From an uncultured Alphaproteobacteria bacterium (GTDB lineage Bacteria; Pseudomonadota; Alphaproteobacteria; Rhodobacterales; Rhodobacteraceae): a stretch of 64,000 nt of DNA. Location of the stretch: positions 166,001 through 230,000 of the forward strand of contig CAVYZK010000001.1 of the NCBI GenBank assembly GCA_963772935.1, read 5' to 3'. The notes under the pieces are model-generated. The model was given only the letters and a program-made list of their open reading frames with translations. It did not search any database and had not been told where the DNA came from. Shown one piece after another: positions 27,761 to 37,871 of this stretch (the stretch's first letter is position 1; each line of letters starts with the position of its first letter). Made by a program: the position numbers and the translations under genes.

Positions 27761-29281
27761 TCAGCCGTTGAACCAGCGTTGCGGGCTGCCAAGCGTGGCG
27801 TGGATGCCCTTGAACTGCGAATATTCGTCAAAGCCATAGCGGCCGAGTTCGCGGCCCAGACCGCTGCTCTTGTAGCCGCCGATGGGCATTTCCGGCGTGC
27901 CGTCGATCACCGAGTTGATCCAGCACCGCCCCGCCCGCACCTGCCGGATGGTCTGCATGGCGTTTTGCAGATCGCGCGACCAGACCGAGGCCGAAAGGCC
28001 AAAGTCCGAGTCATTGGCCAAAGCCACCGCCTCATCTGCCGTGCGGAAGGTCATGGTGGACAGCACCGGACCAAAGATCTCCTCGCGCGCAATCGACATA
28101 TCCGGTCGCACGCCGCGGAACACCGTGGGCTGGTAGTAAAGCCCGCTTTGATCCAGCGCCGCCCCGCCATGCAGGATTTCCGCCCCCGCCGCCTCACCCG
28201 CGCGGACATAGCCTTCGACCTTGTCCAGATGCGCGCGCGAGATCATCGCGCCAACCTTGGTGCGTTCGTTCAACGGATCGCCGAAGGGCAGGCGGCGCGA
28301 GATGTCCAGCACGCGTTCCAGCAGCGCATCGCGGATGCTGTCCTGCACGATCAGCCGGCTACCCGAGATGCAGCACTGCCCGGCGTTGTGATAGACGCCG
28401 TAAGCCACGCCATCCGCCGCAGCCTCAATATCGGCATCCGCGAACACGATCTGCGGGCCTTTGCCGCCCAATTCCAACCCGACCCGCTTGACCTGCCGCG
28501 CCGCGATCTCGGCCAGCTTGGTGCCGACCCGCACCGAGCCGGTAAAGGCCAGCACATCGACGCGCGGATCTTCGGCCAGCACTTGCCCGGCAGGCGCGCC
28601 ATAGCCCGTGACCACGTTGAACACGCCATCCGGCAAGCCCGCCTCGCGCGCAATCTCGGCCATCATGACCGAGGTGCCAGAGGTCAGTTCGGAAGGTTTC
28701 AGCACCACCGTGCAGCCCGCGCCAATCGCCCATGGCACCCGCTCGGAGGCAATGATGAACGGGAAGTTCCACGGCGTGATGATCCCCACCACCCCCGCAG
28801 GTTCCCGCAGAACCAGCCCCAGCCGATCCGTGCCGATATCGTTGTGGGTCTGCCCTTCCAACCCGCGCGCCATGCCTGCGGCATAGTCCCACAGATCGGC
28901 GGAAAACAAGATTTCGCCCTTGGCCTGCGCGATGGGCTTGCCCACTTCAAGACATTCCGCCAGCGCCAACTCATCCGCCCGCGCCACGATCAGCGCCGAT
29001 ACCCGGCGCATCACATAAGACCTCTCGGCGCCAGACATCCGAGGCCACGGCCCAGAATCAAACGCCGTCCGCGCCGCACCGATGGCATCCCGCATATCCT
29101 TTGCCGAAGCATCAGGCCAGATGCCCGCCACAGCGCCCGCATGGCCGGGGCTTTCGCGGCGGATGGTCTTACCCGATGCGGCATCGACCGATTTCCCGCC
29201 GATCACCATCTGATAACGGCGGTCCGCTGCAAGCCGGGGGTCGTCGTTCCGGGGCGGGATAAAGCTGGCGGGTTGGTTCAT
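27761..29281 (-). CDS. NAD(P)-dependent aldehyde dehydrogenase
   Basis: 506 aa with 'LELGGKGP' and 'GQCCISGSR' ALDH active-site motifs. Confidence 0.85.
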   Translation of the reverse strand: MNQPASFIPPRNDDPRLAADRRYQMVIGGKSVDAASGKTIRRESPGHAGAVAGIWPDASAKDMRDAIGAARTAFDSGPWPRMSGAERSYVMRRVSALIVARADELALAECLEVGKPIAQAKGEILFSADLWDYAAGMARGLEGQTHNDIGTDRLGLVLREPAGVVGIITPWNFPFIIASERVPWAIGAGCTVVLKPSELTSGTSVMMAEIAREAGLPDGVFNVVTGYGAPAGQVLAEDPRVDVLAFTGSVRVGTKLAEIAARQVKRVGLELGGKGPQIVFADADIEAAADGVAYGVYHNAGQCCISGSRLIVQDSIRDALLERVLDISRRLPFGDPLNERTKVGAMISRAHLDKVEGYVRAGEAAGAEILHGGAALDQSGLYYQPTVFRGVRPDMSIAREEIFGPVLSTMTFRTADEAVALANDSDFGLSASVWSRDLQNAMQTIRQVRAGRCWINSVIDGTPEMPIGGYKSSGLGRELGRYGFDEYSQFKGIHATLGSPQRWFNG

Positions 29282-29327
29282 GGTCGGTCTTGGCCTTCGC
29301 TGAAATGCAGGAGTCTCGATCTGTTGT

Positions 29328-30077
29328 ATGGTAGCGTATGGTAGTGGATTTCGCCTGTCAACATGCTATGAAGGGGCATGGACACAGAACTCGCTCAAAC
29401 AGCAAAGACCCGCCGCACAAGGGTCATCGACCGCAGCACAGGTGGAACAAGACCTGCGCGAGGCCATCATCCGGCTGGACATCAAGCCGGGCGCGCGCCT
29501 GTCGGAACAAGAGATCGCCGACACGCTCGGCGTGTCGCGCCAACCCGTGCGCGAGGCGCTGATCGCGCTTGGCAAGGCGCGTCTGGTGGCGGTGAAACCC
29601 AAGCGCGGCACGCTGGTGGTCAAAATCTCGGCCCGGCAGATGATGGAGGCGCGTTTCGTGCGCGAATCCATCGAAACCGCCGTGGTCCGCCGCGCCTGTG
29701 TCAGCTTTGATCTGTGGATGCGCGAGTCGATTTCGGGCATCCTCGACCGCCAGATCGCGGCACGCGATACGATGGATTACAACCGCTTCCGGCGTGAGGA
29801 TGAACAGTTCCACATGGCTTTGGCGCAAGGGGCGGGCTGTGCCATGGCTTGGGCAGTGATCGCCGATATCAAGGCGCATATCGACCGGGTCTGTAATCTG
29901 CAACTGCGCAAACCCGAATCGATGGCAGGGCTGATTCGCGAGCATCAGGCGATCATGGCCGCCATTGACGCCCGCGATCCCGATCAGGCCGAGGCGGCGA
30001 TGCAGTCGCATCTGAACGGCATCCTCTCGGACCTGCCCCGGCTGGAATCCGAAAACCCCGACCTGTTCGAGCCTTAG
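29328..30077 (+). CDS. GntR-family transcriptional regulator (FadR/FCD subfamily)
   Basis: 'LSEQEIADTLGVSRQPVREALIALGKARLV' winged HTH plus a helical FCD-type C-domain. The start is uncertain: ATG 29328 lies inside a tandem repeat, and GTG 29442 is also possible. Confidence 0.75.
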   Translation: MVAYGSGFRLSTCYEGAWTQNSLKQQRPAAQGSSTAAQVEQDLREAIIRLDIKPGARLSEQEIADTLGVSRQPVREALIALGKARLVAVKPKRGTLVVKISARQMMEARFVRESIETAVVRRACVSFDLWMRESISGILDRQIAARDTMDYNRFRREDEQFHMALAQGAGCAMAWAVIADIKAHIDRVCNLQLRKPESMAGLIREHQAIMAAIDARDPDQAEAAMQSHLNGILSDLPRLESENPDLFEP

Positions 30078-30122
30078 GCAAGTTTGCGCGCAGGCATCGA
30101 AAACACATCGAGGGGGATAGGC

Positions 30123-31054
30123 ATGAAGCGTTTCGTACCGGTTGGCGAATGTATGGTGGAACTGGCCCCCGATGGCGCCGCTGGCAGGTCGGCATCGCGG
30201 GCGACACGTTCAACACCGCCTGGTATGCCCGCGCCTTGCTGCCCGCCGCCTGGTCGGTGGCTTACCTCACCAGCCTTGGCAGCGACCCGTTCTCGCTGCG
30301 CGCGCTCGATCTGATGTGCGACAATGGCATCGGCACCGATCTGGTGCAGCGCCATCCCAGCCGCAGCATCGGGCTTTATGCCATCGCTTTGCAGCAGGGC
30401 GAGCGCAGCTTTTCCTATTGGCGCGACAGTTCCGCCGCGCGCACACTTGCCGACGATCCGGCTGTGCTTGCGGCGGGGTTCAGCAACGCCGATGTGATCC
30501 ACATCTCTGGCATCACGCTGGCCATCTTGCCGCCCGAGGGCCGCACGCATCTGATCACAGCCCTGACCACCGCGCGAAAGCGGGGGGCGATCACAGTCCT
30601 CGACCCGAATTTCCGCCCCCGGCTGTGGCCCGATGCTGCCACAGCGGCACAGGCGATCACCCAAGCCGCAGCGGCAGCAACTATTGTCCTGCCCAGCTAC
30701 GACGATGAGGTCGCGCTGTTCGGCGATGCCACACCAAAGGCAACCGCCCGACGCTACGCCGATGCCGGGGCGGCGACAGTGGTGGTCAAGAACGGCGACC
30801 GTGGCGTGATGCTGTCTGATCAGGGAAAGATCTGGCCCGTCACCGATCTGCCCCGCGTCGTGCCGCAAGACACAACCGGCGCAGGCGACAGCTTCAACGC
30901 CGGTTTCCTCTCCGCCCTGCTGACCGGAGCCGACCCCGAAACCGCTGCCCGCGCCGGGCATGCAATCGCGTCTAAAGTCGTGCGCCATCCAGGCGCGTTG
31001 ATCCCGATGCAGCACCTGCGTGAACCGGCGGTCGCGACGCAACCGGGACATTGA
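30123..31054 (+). pseudogene. kdgK: 2-dehydro-3-deoxygluconokinase (PfkB family), 1-nt frameshift near 30165-30190
   Basis: N-terminus 'MKRFVPVGECMVELAPDGAAG' (frame 3) continues as 'RWQVGIAGDTFNTAWYARAL...' (frame 2). This matches the KdgK pattern 'IGECMIEL...GFGGDTLNT'. C-terminal 'DTTGAGDSFNAGF' is present. Span is 932 nt (3n+2). Confidence 0.8.
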
Positions 31055-31154
31055 GATTGCCGCAGGCATGTCGGGAAGGAACCTCGCCTACGTGATGAAC
31101 GCCATACAAACCGTGATGGCCGATCAACGTTGACGGGATCGAGGGCCGAGCCCC

Positions 31155-32627
31155 CTAACTTACACCACCCAAACAGACATACTTGAGCGACAGAAAATCA
31201 TCCAAGCCATACTTGGACCCCTCACGTCCAAAGCCAGACTGTTTGATACCGCCAAAGGGGGCAACCTCGGTTGAAATCAGGCCCGTGTTGACCCCGACCA
31301 TGCCATATTCCAGCGCTTCGGCGACTTTCCACACCTGACGCAGATCATTTGCGTAAAAATATGCAGCAAGGCCGAACTCGGTGTCGTTGGCCAATGTGAT
31401 CACCTCATCGGTGGTTTCAAAGCGAAAGACCGGGGCCAACGGCGCAAAGGTTTCTTCACGCGCGACCTTCATGGCGGCGGTCACGTTTTTCAGCACAGTG
31501 GGCTGAACGAAAGTGCCGCCCAGACCATGTGGCGCGGCACCCGTGACAACCTGCGCGCCCTTTGCCACGGCGTCGGCGATATGGTCGTCAAACTTTGCCT
31601 TTGCCGCCTGATTGATCAGCGGGCCAAGCAGTGTGGCGTCATCAAACCCGTCACCCACCTGCATCGCGGCAACAGCCTGCCCCAGCTTTTCAACGAAAGC
31701 GTCGTGGATGCCCGCCTGCGCATAAATCCGGTTGGCACAGACACAGGTTTGGCCGTTGTTGCGGAACTTTGAAATCAGCGCGCCTTGCACGGCAGCGTCG
31801 AGGTCAGCATCATCGAACACAATGAACGGCGCGTTGCCGCCAAGCTCCAGACTCAGCTTCAAAATCTTCTTGGCACCCTGCGCCATCAAAATCCGGCCAA
31901 CCTCGGTTGATCCCGTAAAGGTCAGCTTCCTGATGATCGGATTGCTGCAGACTTCCTCGCCAAAGGCCCGCGCGTTCGAGGTTGGCAACACGCTGAGCAG
32001 TGCTTTCGGCAGGCCCGCCCGTTCCGCCAGAACGGCCAGCGCAAGCGCAGACAGCGGTGTTTCCGCCGCCGGTTTGAACACCATCGCACAGCCTGCCGCC
32101 AAGGCGGGGGAGAACTTGCGCGCGACCATCGCAGAGGGGAAATTCCACGGCGCAATGCCCGCAACCACGCCCACGGGTTGTTTCAGCACCATGATCCGTT
32201 TGTCGCGGTGATGGCCGGGAATGGTGTCGCCGTAGATGCGCTTGGCCTCCTCACCGAACCATTCGATATAGCTTGCGCCATAAGCGATTTCGGCGCGCGC
32301 TTCGGCCAGCGGCTTGCCCATTTCTGCCGTCAGGATGATGGCCAGATCTTCAGTATTGGCGACGACCAGATCATACCAGCACCGCAAGATTGCTGCGCGC
32401 TCTTTCCCCGTGGCCGCCGCCCACAGCTTTTGCGCCGCCTCTGCCGCAACAATAGCCCTGCGAATTTCAGGAAGGCCGGTGTCCGCCACCTCGGCCAACA
32501 CATCATCATTGGCTGGATTGCGTACTGTAATCCGTGTCGGCGTATCCACCCATTCTCCTGCCAGCAAAGCCTGTTCGCGCACCAGTGACGGGTCTTTCAG
32601 GCGATTGATCAAACTGGACGCAATCAT
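31155..32627 (-). CDS. gabD: NAD(P)-dependent succinate-semialdehyde dehydrogenase
   Basis: Collinear with E. coli GabD as recalled ('GKPLAEARAEIAYGASYIEWFGEEAKRIYGDTIPGH', 'LELGGNAPFIVFDDADLD', 'NGQTCVCANR'). Start at 'MIASSLI'. Confidence 0.85.
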   Translation of the reverse strand: MIASSLINRLKDPSLVREQALLAGEWVDTPTRITVRNPANDDVLAEVADTGLPEIRRAIVAAEAAQKLWAAATGKERAAILRCWYDLVVANTEDLAIILTAEMGKPLAEARAEIAYGASYIEWFGEEAKRIYGDTIPGHHRDKRIMVLKQPVGVVAGIAPWNFPSAMVARKFSPALAAGCAMVFKPAAETPLSALALAVLAERAGLPKALLSVLPTSNARAFGEEVCSNPIIRKLTFTGSTEVGRILMAQGAKKILKLSLELGGNAPFIVFDDADLDAAVQGALISKFRNNGQTCVCANRIYAQAGIHDAFVEKLGQAVAAMQVGDGFDDATLLGPLINQAAKAKFDDHIADAVAKGAQVVTGAAPHGLGGTFVQPTVLKNVTAAMKVAREETFAPLAPVFRFETTDEVITLANDTEFGLAAYFYANDLRQVWKVAEALEYGMVGVNTGLISTEVAPFGGIKQSGFGREGSKYGLDDFLSLKYVCLGGVS

Positions 32628-32662
32628 TGCGGAGCCTTTCGACAGAGGTTTGGTTGGGCACT

Positions 32663-33508
32663 TCAGATTTCCTGCGGTCCGGCGTGCGCTTGCGCTGTAC
32701 GCAAGATGTTGCGGGCGCGTTGGATAACAGGGGCGTCGATCATCGCACCGTCCATCGCCACAACCGCACCGTGGGTGGCATGCTGCGCCTGCAACACCTT
32801 GTTCGCCCACGTTATTTCAGCCTGAGTTGGGGCCAGCGCGCTGCGGATCACCGGCAGTTGCGCCGGATAAATCGCGGCCACCGCGCGCAGACCCAGTTGA
32901 CGGCCCTGCGCGATCTGGCTGGCATAGAGATCAAGGGCCCGGAAATTCGCCAGCGAACCGGGAAAGCCGATGCCAAGCAAGCCACGTGTGGCGGCTGCCA
33001 CGCCGATCTGGGCTGCCAGATGTGTCAGCGCGCCACCATCCGGGTTGACCCCCATCGAAGCCGCGTAATCCTCGGACCCCAGCATCATCGCCACCAGTTG
33101 CGGAAAGGTGGCTATGGCTGACAAAGCCTGAAGGGCCGCCGGGGTTTCGATCAAGGCGATCAGGCCCGTTTTGCCTCCAGTCAGTTCAGCCACGTTCTGA
33201 AGCCCGCGCAAATCCTCGACTTTGGGCAGCATCAGCGCGACCACCTGATCAAGATCAGCCGCCGCAAGGTCATCCACCACATCACGCAACGCGCTGTTGA
33301 TACGGATCACGCAATCAATGCCCGCCGCATGGATGAGGTGTTGGGCCGCGCGCAGCTTTGCCCGCGCCTCTGGCTTGGCTGCGGGTGCGATTGCATCTTC
33401 CAGATCAAGGATGATTGCATCGGGGCGCAGGCGGATGGCGCTTGCCAAATGCCGCTCTGCCCCGACCGGCACAAACAACAACGCCTGCCAGTTCGGCACA
33501 GATATCAT
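32663..33508 (-). CDS. HpcH/HpaI-CitE family CoA-ester lyase (citramalyl/malyl-CoA lyase-like)
   Basis: 'LFVPVGAERHLASAIRLRPDAIILDLEDAIAP' and 'GSEDYAASMG' motifs. ATGA overlap with the CoA-transferase stop. Confidence 0.75.
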   Translation of the reverse strand: MISVPNWQALLFVPVGAERHLASAIRLRPDAIILDLEDAIAPAAKPEARAKLRAAQHLIHAAGIDCVIRINSALRDVVDDLAAADLDQVVALMLPKVEDLRGLQNVAELTGGKTGLIALIETPAALQALSAIATFPQLVAMMLGSEDYAASMGVNPDGGALTHLAAQIGVAAATRGLLGIGFPGSLANFRALDLYASQIAQGRQLGLRAVAAIYPAQLPVIRSALAPTQAEITWANKVLQAQHATHGAVVAMDGAMIDAPVIQRARNILRTAQAHAGPQEI

Positions 33509-34647
33509 CGCGGCAGGCCCTGTGCATCACCGCCAAATTCGGCCCAAAGACTGGCTGTCTGTGCGCCCAAAGCAGGCACCTCGCGGCCCGTCACCGTGGC
33601 ATCGCTAAAGCGCACCCCCCGGCCCATCATCTCTACCGGACCAGTCGGGCTGCTAAGCGTGATATGATGCGCCTGCGGGTGATGCTCCATATCCTCCATC
33701 GTTGACATGCGACCACAGGCGATGCCGGCTTTTGACAATTGTGCAATCGCGGCTTCGCGGTCTATTGCCGCGAAGACCGGGGCAATCAATGCTTCAATCT
33801 CGGCCAAGCGCGACACGCGCGCCACGTTGGTGGCAAATCTGACATCCGTCGCCAGATCTGGCTGGCCTATGATTTCGGCGCAGAACCCCGCCCATTCCCG
33901 ATCATTCTGCACCGATAACAGCACCTGCCGCCCGTCCGCGCAGCGGAACGCGCCGTAAGGGGCAATGGACGGGTGCCGCAGCCCCACCCGTGCCGGGGCG
34001 GTGCCACCGTACCGGGTTTGCAGGTAGGGCACGTTCATCCAATCGGCCATGGTGTGAAACAACGACACCTCGACCGCACGCCCCTCGCCGGTTGTTGCCC
34101 GCCGCAGCAGGGATTGAAGCACCGCCGCATAGGCTGTCTCTCCCGCCGCAATGTCGCAGACAGAAATGCCAACCCGCGCGCTGCCCTCAGGCGTGCCATT
34201 CACCGCAAGCAGGCCGCTTTCGCCCTGTATCAGCATGTCATAGGCTTTTTGATCGCGGTATGGACCATCCTCACCATAGCCGGAAATCGAGACATAGATC
34301 AGCCGTGGATTGGCGGCGCGCATCGCCTCCGGCCCAAGCCCAAGCCGAGTGGCAGCACCAGGGGCGAGATTCTGCACGAAGACATCGGCGGCCGCGATCA
34401 TCCGCTGCAACAAAGCCAACGGTTCGGCCGCGCGCAGATCAAGGCAAATGGATTCCTTACCGTGGTTCAACCAGACGAAATACGCGCTTTCGCCATGCAC
34501 CAAACGGTCATATCCGCGCGCGAAATCGCCCTCGGCCCGTTCCACCTTGATCACCCGCGCGCCGGCATCCGCCATCCGAGACGTGGCGAGTGGGGCCGCC
34601 ACCGCCTGCTCTAACGACACCACCAGAATGCCCTCTAGATCCTGCAT
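33505..34647 (-). CDS. family III (CaiB/BaiF) CoA-transferase
   Basis: 'LEGILVVSLEQAVAAPLATSRMADAGARVIKVERAEGDFARGY' is the canonical family III N-terminus. AGGAGGA upstream of ATG 34647. Confidence 0.85.
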   Translation of the reverse strand: MQDLEGILVVSLEQAVAAPLATSRMADAGARVIKVERAEGDFARGYDRLVHGESAYFVWLNHGKESICLDLRAAEPLALLQRMIAAADVFVQNLAPGAATRLGLGPEAMRAANPRLIYVSISGYGEDGPYRDQKAYDMLIQGESGLLAVNGTPEGSARVGISVCDIAAGETAYAAVLQSLLRRATTGEGRAVEVSLFHTMADWMNVPYLQTRYGGTAPARVGLRHPSIAPYGAFRCADGRQVLLSVQNDREWAGFCAEIIGQPDLATDVRFATNVARVSRLAEIEALIAPVFAAIDREAAIAQLSKAGIACGRMSTMEDMEHHPQAHHITLSSPTGPVEMMGRGVRFSDATVTGREVPALGAQTASLWAEFGGDAQGLPR

Positions 34648-34775
34648 GAACAGGGTTCCTCCTCGTGCCTTTGGAAAAGGATCACCCACAGCGCAGTCGA
34701 ACGGGTAATAGCGGTTTCCTTGACAGGCTAGAACGAAAGCGACTAACTGTTCGAGGCAAGAATGGAGCCGACGTG

Positions 34776-35732
34776 ATGGATATCCGGCACCTGAAATACT
34801 TCATTGCCATCTCTGAAGAAAAATCACTGTCGGCCGCATCACGCAGGCTTGGGGTGGCACAGCCATCGCTTTCCCAGCACGTCATCAAGCTGGAAGAAGA
34901 ACTGGGGTTACCGCTGATCTTGCGATCTGCGCAGGGTATTCAGTTGACCGACGAAGGCCAACTGCTGTTGCGCCACGCGCGCGAAATATGCGGAAGCCTT
35001 GCCACCTGCCTTGCCGAAATGAAAGAATCGGGCGGCGCGGTGCGGGGGCGGGTGACATTTGGCATGCCGCCATCGGTGTCGATGGTGATGTCGGTTCCAC
35101 TGGCTGAAACCGTGCGCGTCGAATTTCCCGATGTCCGCCTGCAGGCGATTGAGGCGATGAGCGGCTTTATCCGCAACTGGATCGGCGATCAGACCGTTGA
35201 TATTGGATTTCTGTATAATATTGACAAGAAAGACAATTTTCACTCCATCCCCATCCTGGATGAGCAGCTTTGCTTGTTTTCCGCCCCAGACAACTGGCCG
35301 CTTGCCACGCCACCGGGGGCGCCAACATCGCTGGCGGCACTGCGCCATCTGGATCTGATTTTGCCGTCGCCCTCGCATGGGTTGCGCAAAACCATCGAGA
35401 AACATGCGCAGGCCCGTGGCATTGACCTGAACGTGGTGATCGAGATGGATGCAATGACCCAGATCAAGGAACTGGTCGCGCGCGGGTCAGGCCATACGAT
35501 CTTTGCCCCCGCTGCGGCCTATGATTTCGTGGCACGGGGCGAGTTGGCAAAGGCCCCGATCACCGATCCCGATATGTCGCGCCCGGTTTATCTGGTGCAT
35601 AGCACGACCCGGCCAATGTCGCGCGCCTGTCAGTCCGTCCAACGTCTGACGCTGGAAGTTGCCCGCGATCTGGTGCGTCGTGGCATCTGGGAGGGTCGTT
35701 TGCGCGACATGCCCGATGAGGTAGGTGATTAG
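34776..35732 (+). CDS. LysR-family transcriptional regulator
   Basis: 'MDIRHLKYFIAISEEKSLSAASRRLGVAQPSLSQHV' LysR HTH. Divergent from the CoA-transferase operon. Confidence 0.85.
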   Translation: MDIRHLKYFIAISEEKSLSAASRRLGVAQPSLSQHVIKLEEELGLPLILRSAQGIQLTDEGQLLLRHAREICGSLATCLAEMKESGGAVRGRVTFGMPPSVSMVMSVPLAETVRVEFPDVRLQAIEAMSGFIRNWIGDQTVDIGFLYNIDKKDNFHSIPILDEQLCLFSAPDNWPLATPPGAPTSLAALRHLDLILPSPSHGLRKTIEKHAQARGIDLNVVIEMDAMTQIKELVARGSGHTIFAPAAAYDFVARGELAKAPITDPDMSRPVYLVHSTTRPMSRACQSVQRLTLEVARDLVRRGIWEGRLRDMPDEVGD

Positions 35733-35755
35733 ACGGTAATCCTATTGCTGGCGGG

Positions 35756-36579
35756 TTAAGGCACGGCTGTCGCCTGCATGGTCACCACCCCATCCCATCG
35801 CCGCACCCGCAAGGCAATTGCATCGCCTTGGTGCCGTGCCTCAATCTGAACGGCGTTGCCACAGATCAACGGTGCCAGTCCGCGATAGCGAAAGCTGTGC
35901 GGCAAACGGCCCAGAAGTGTTGTGGAAGGTTCAGCATCCAAAGCGCCTGCAAGGGACCATGCACAACCAGCCCCTCGTAGCCTTCCACCCCCGTCGCATA
36001 GGGCAGATCGTAGTGAATGCGGTGGCCGTTGAAGGTGACGGCAGAATAGCGAAACAGCAAAACCGGGTCGGGCGTGATCTGCCAAACGGCATCAGGCACC
36101 CAATCTTCGGCGGGGGCCGGATTTGCGCTTTGTCCCGGTTTGGGGTCGTCACGGTAGACCAGATCTTGCCGTTCGGTGATGCGGGTTTGGCCCTCTACGC
36201 GCCACAGATGGGTGATGCTGACAAAGCCAAGCGGCCCGGATGCGCCAGATTTGAAGCTGATCTCGCCCACAGTGCTGTCACGGGTGACGATATCGCCGGG
36301 GTTGAGTATGCCGGAAAACTCCATCTCTCCCCCCGCCCACATCCGGCGTGGCAAGGGCAAGGCTGGCACGAACAGTCCGGTGCGCGGGTGGCCGTCACGG
36401 CCAAGATCGGCGGGGCCCGCCACATCGGGCACCAAGGCCCAATGAAAGCCGGGCGGCACCGCGCCGGGACCAAGCATACCCGCCATGACCGCGCGAAAAT
36501 GCGTCAACGACCGGTCGCTGATGAGTTCCGTTCTCGACGATTGCCGTCCAACCCAATCGCTGTAATCGTTTGGATTCAT
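35756..36579 (-). pseudogene. MaoC-like (hot-dog) acyl-CoA hydratase, itaconyl-CoA hydratase-like, 1-nt frameshift near 35935-35955
   Basis: The 237-aa ORF runs cleanly to '...GLVVHGPLQAL'. It then continues in another frame as 'LDAEPSTTLLGRLPHSFRYRGLAPL...MQATAVP'. Span is 824 nt (3n+2). ATGA overlap with the PrpD-family stop. Confidence 0.7.
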
Positions 36580-37871
36580 CCCAATACCTTACCCAAATCA
36601 CGCGCGCTCAGGCTATCCAGCGCCGCGATTATAGCCCATATTTTCTCACCCTCTGCACCAATCAGACCGGTCGCCTTTGCGCGCAGGCTGTTTTCCAGCA
36701 CCGCGTCTGGCAAGCGCGCGGCAAGGTCATACGCAAAGGGCATAGCACCGCCATCCTTAAGCTGCACCACACCTGCCGCCTGCATATCCGTCACGGCGGC
36801 ATCGCCCTCTACGGTCATCTTGGCCGCAAAATCGGCCAGCACATCATCTTGCGCCAAAGCATCCGTATAGGCGCGGTCGCTGGCGGTGGGGATGCCGGTC
36901 AGCACCATGCCAGCCAGCCAGTTATAGCTGAACTTCACCTCCAGCCCAGTGCGCGGAGCCTTGATATCGCAGACCGAAAGCCAGCGCGGACTGGTGCGCA
37001 GATGGACGGATGCCACCCGATCAGGAGTCAGATTATGCGCGTGTTTCAAAGCGGCCAGCGCCTCAATCATTGCATGGGTGCCATGGCAGCAGGCGTGCAG
37101 TTTGTACTTAACATCCTCGAACAGGAATGCGCCCGGTGGTGGGCTGGGCTGTGGGGCGTCAGCATGGGTCAGAACAAAGCCCTGCGCCCCCATCAACCCA
37201 TCGTCGGCCGAGGTGAAGCCCGCGCGCGCAAGCCCCGCACATTCGACACCGTTCGAGGCCGCAATCCCGGCGTTATAGGGTTTGCCCATTGTGCCGAACT
37301 GCGATTTCAATCCCGACGCGCGGGTTGCGCATAGGCCAATCGCCACGCGCATCTGATCACGAGTCAACCCATACAGCCACCCCGCAGCAACCGTCGCGCC
37401 AAAGGCCCCGGCGGTGGCTGTCTGATGGAAACCCCTGTTATAATGCCCCGCCCCCAGGACCATGCCGATACGAACCGAAGCTTCGGCCCCGATCAGGAAG
37501 GCATCCGCCACCGCCGCAGCAGAGGCACCAACCGCCTCGCCCACCGCCAGAGCCGCAGGATAAATCGCCACCGATGGATGGCCGACATGGCCAAAATGCG
37601 TGTCGTCATAATCCAGCGCATGGCCGGTGGCCCCATTCACCAGCGCCGCTGCCCGCACGGGGGCTTGCGCGCCGCCAAAGACCGAAGCAACAGGCACGCC
37701 GCCCTCTGCGCCGATATAATTCCGCAGGATCACCGCCAGCGGTTCATCCACCCCGGCGCGCCCGCACACCAGCCAGTCAAACAGTGAAAATCGCGCCATG
37801 CTGCGCGCAGATGCGGGAACGTCGCCCGCAGGCATCGCTGACAGATCAAGGATTTGTTCCAGCAGAGTCAT
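36576..37871 (-). CDS. MmgE/PrpD-family protein
   Basis: 431 aa with 'DYDDTHFGHVGHPS' and a 'GFHQTATAGAFGA'-type MmgE/PrpD motif. ATGA overlaps at both ends. Confidence 0.8.
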   Translation of the reverse strand: MTLLEQILDLSAMPAGDVPASARSMARFSLFDWLVCGRAGVDEPLAVILRNYIGAEGGVPVASVFGGAQAPVRAAALVNGATGHALDYDDTHFGHVGHPSVAIYPAALAVGEAVGASAAAVADAFLIGAEASVRIGMVLGAGHYNRGFHQTATAGAFGATVAAGWLYGLTRDQMRVAIGLCATRASGLKSQFGTMGKPYNAGIAASNGVECAGLARAGFTSADDGLMGAQGFVLTHADAPQPSPPPGAFLFEDVKYKLHACCHGTHAMIEALAALKHAHNLTPDRVASVHLRTSPRWLSVCDIKAPRTGLEVKFSYNWLAGMVLTGIPTASDRAYTDALAQDDVLADFAAKMTVEGDAAVTDMQAAGVVQLKDGGAMPFAYDLAARLPDAVLENSLRAKATGLIGAEGEKIWAIIAALDSLSARDLGKVLG

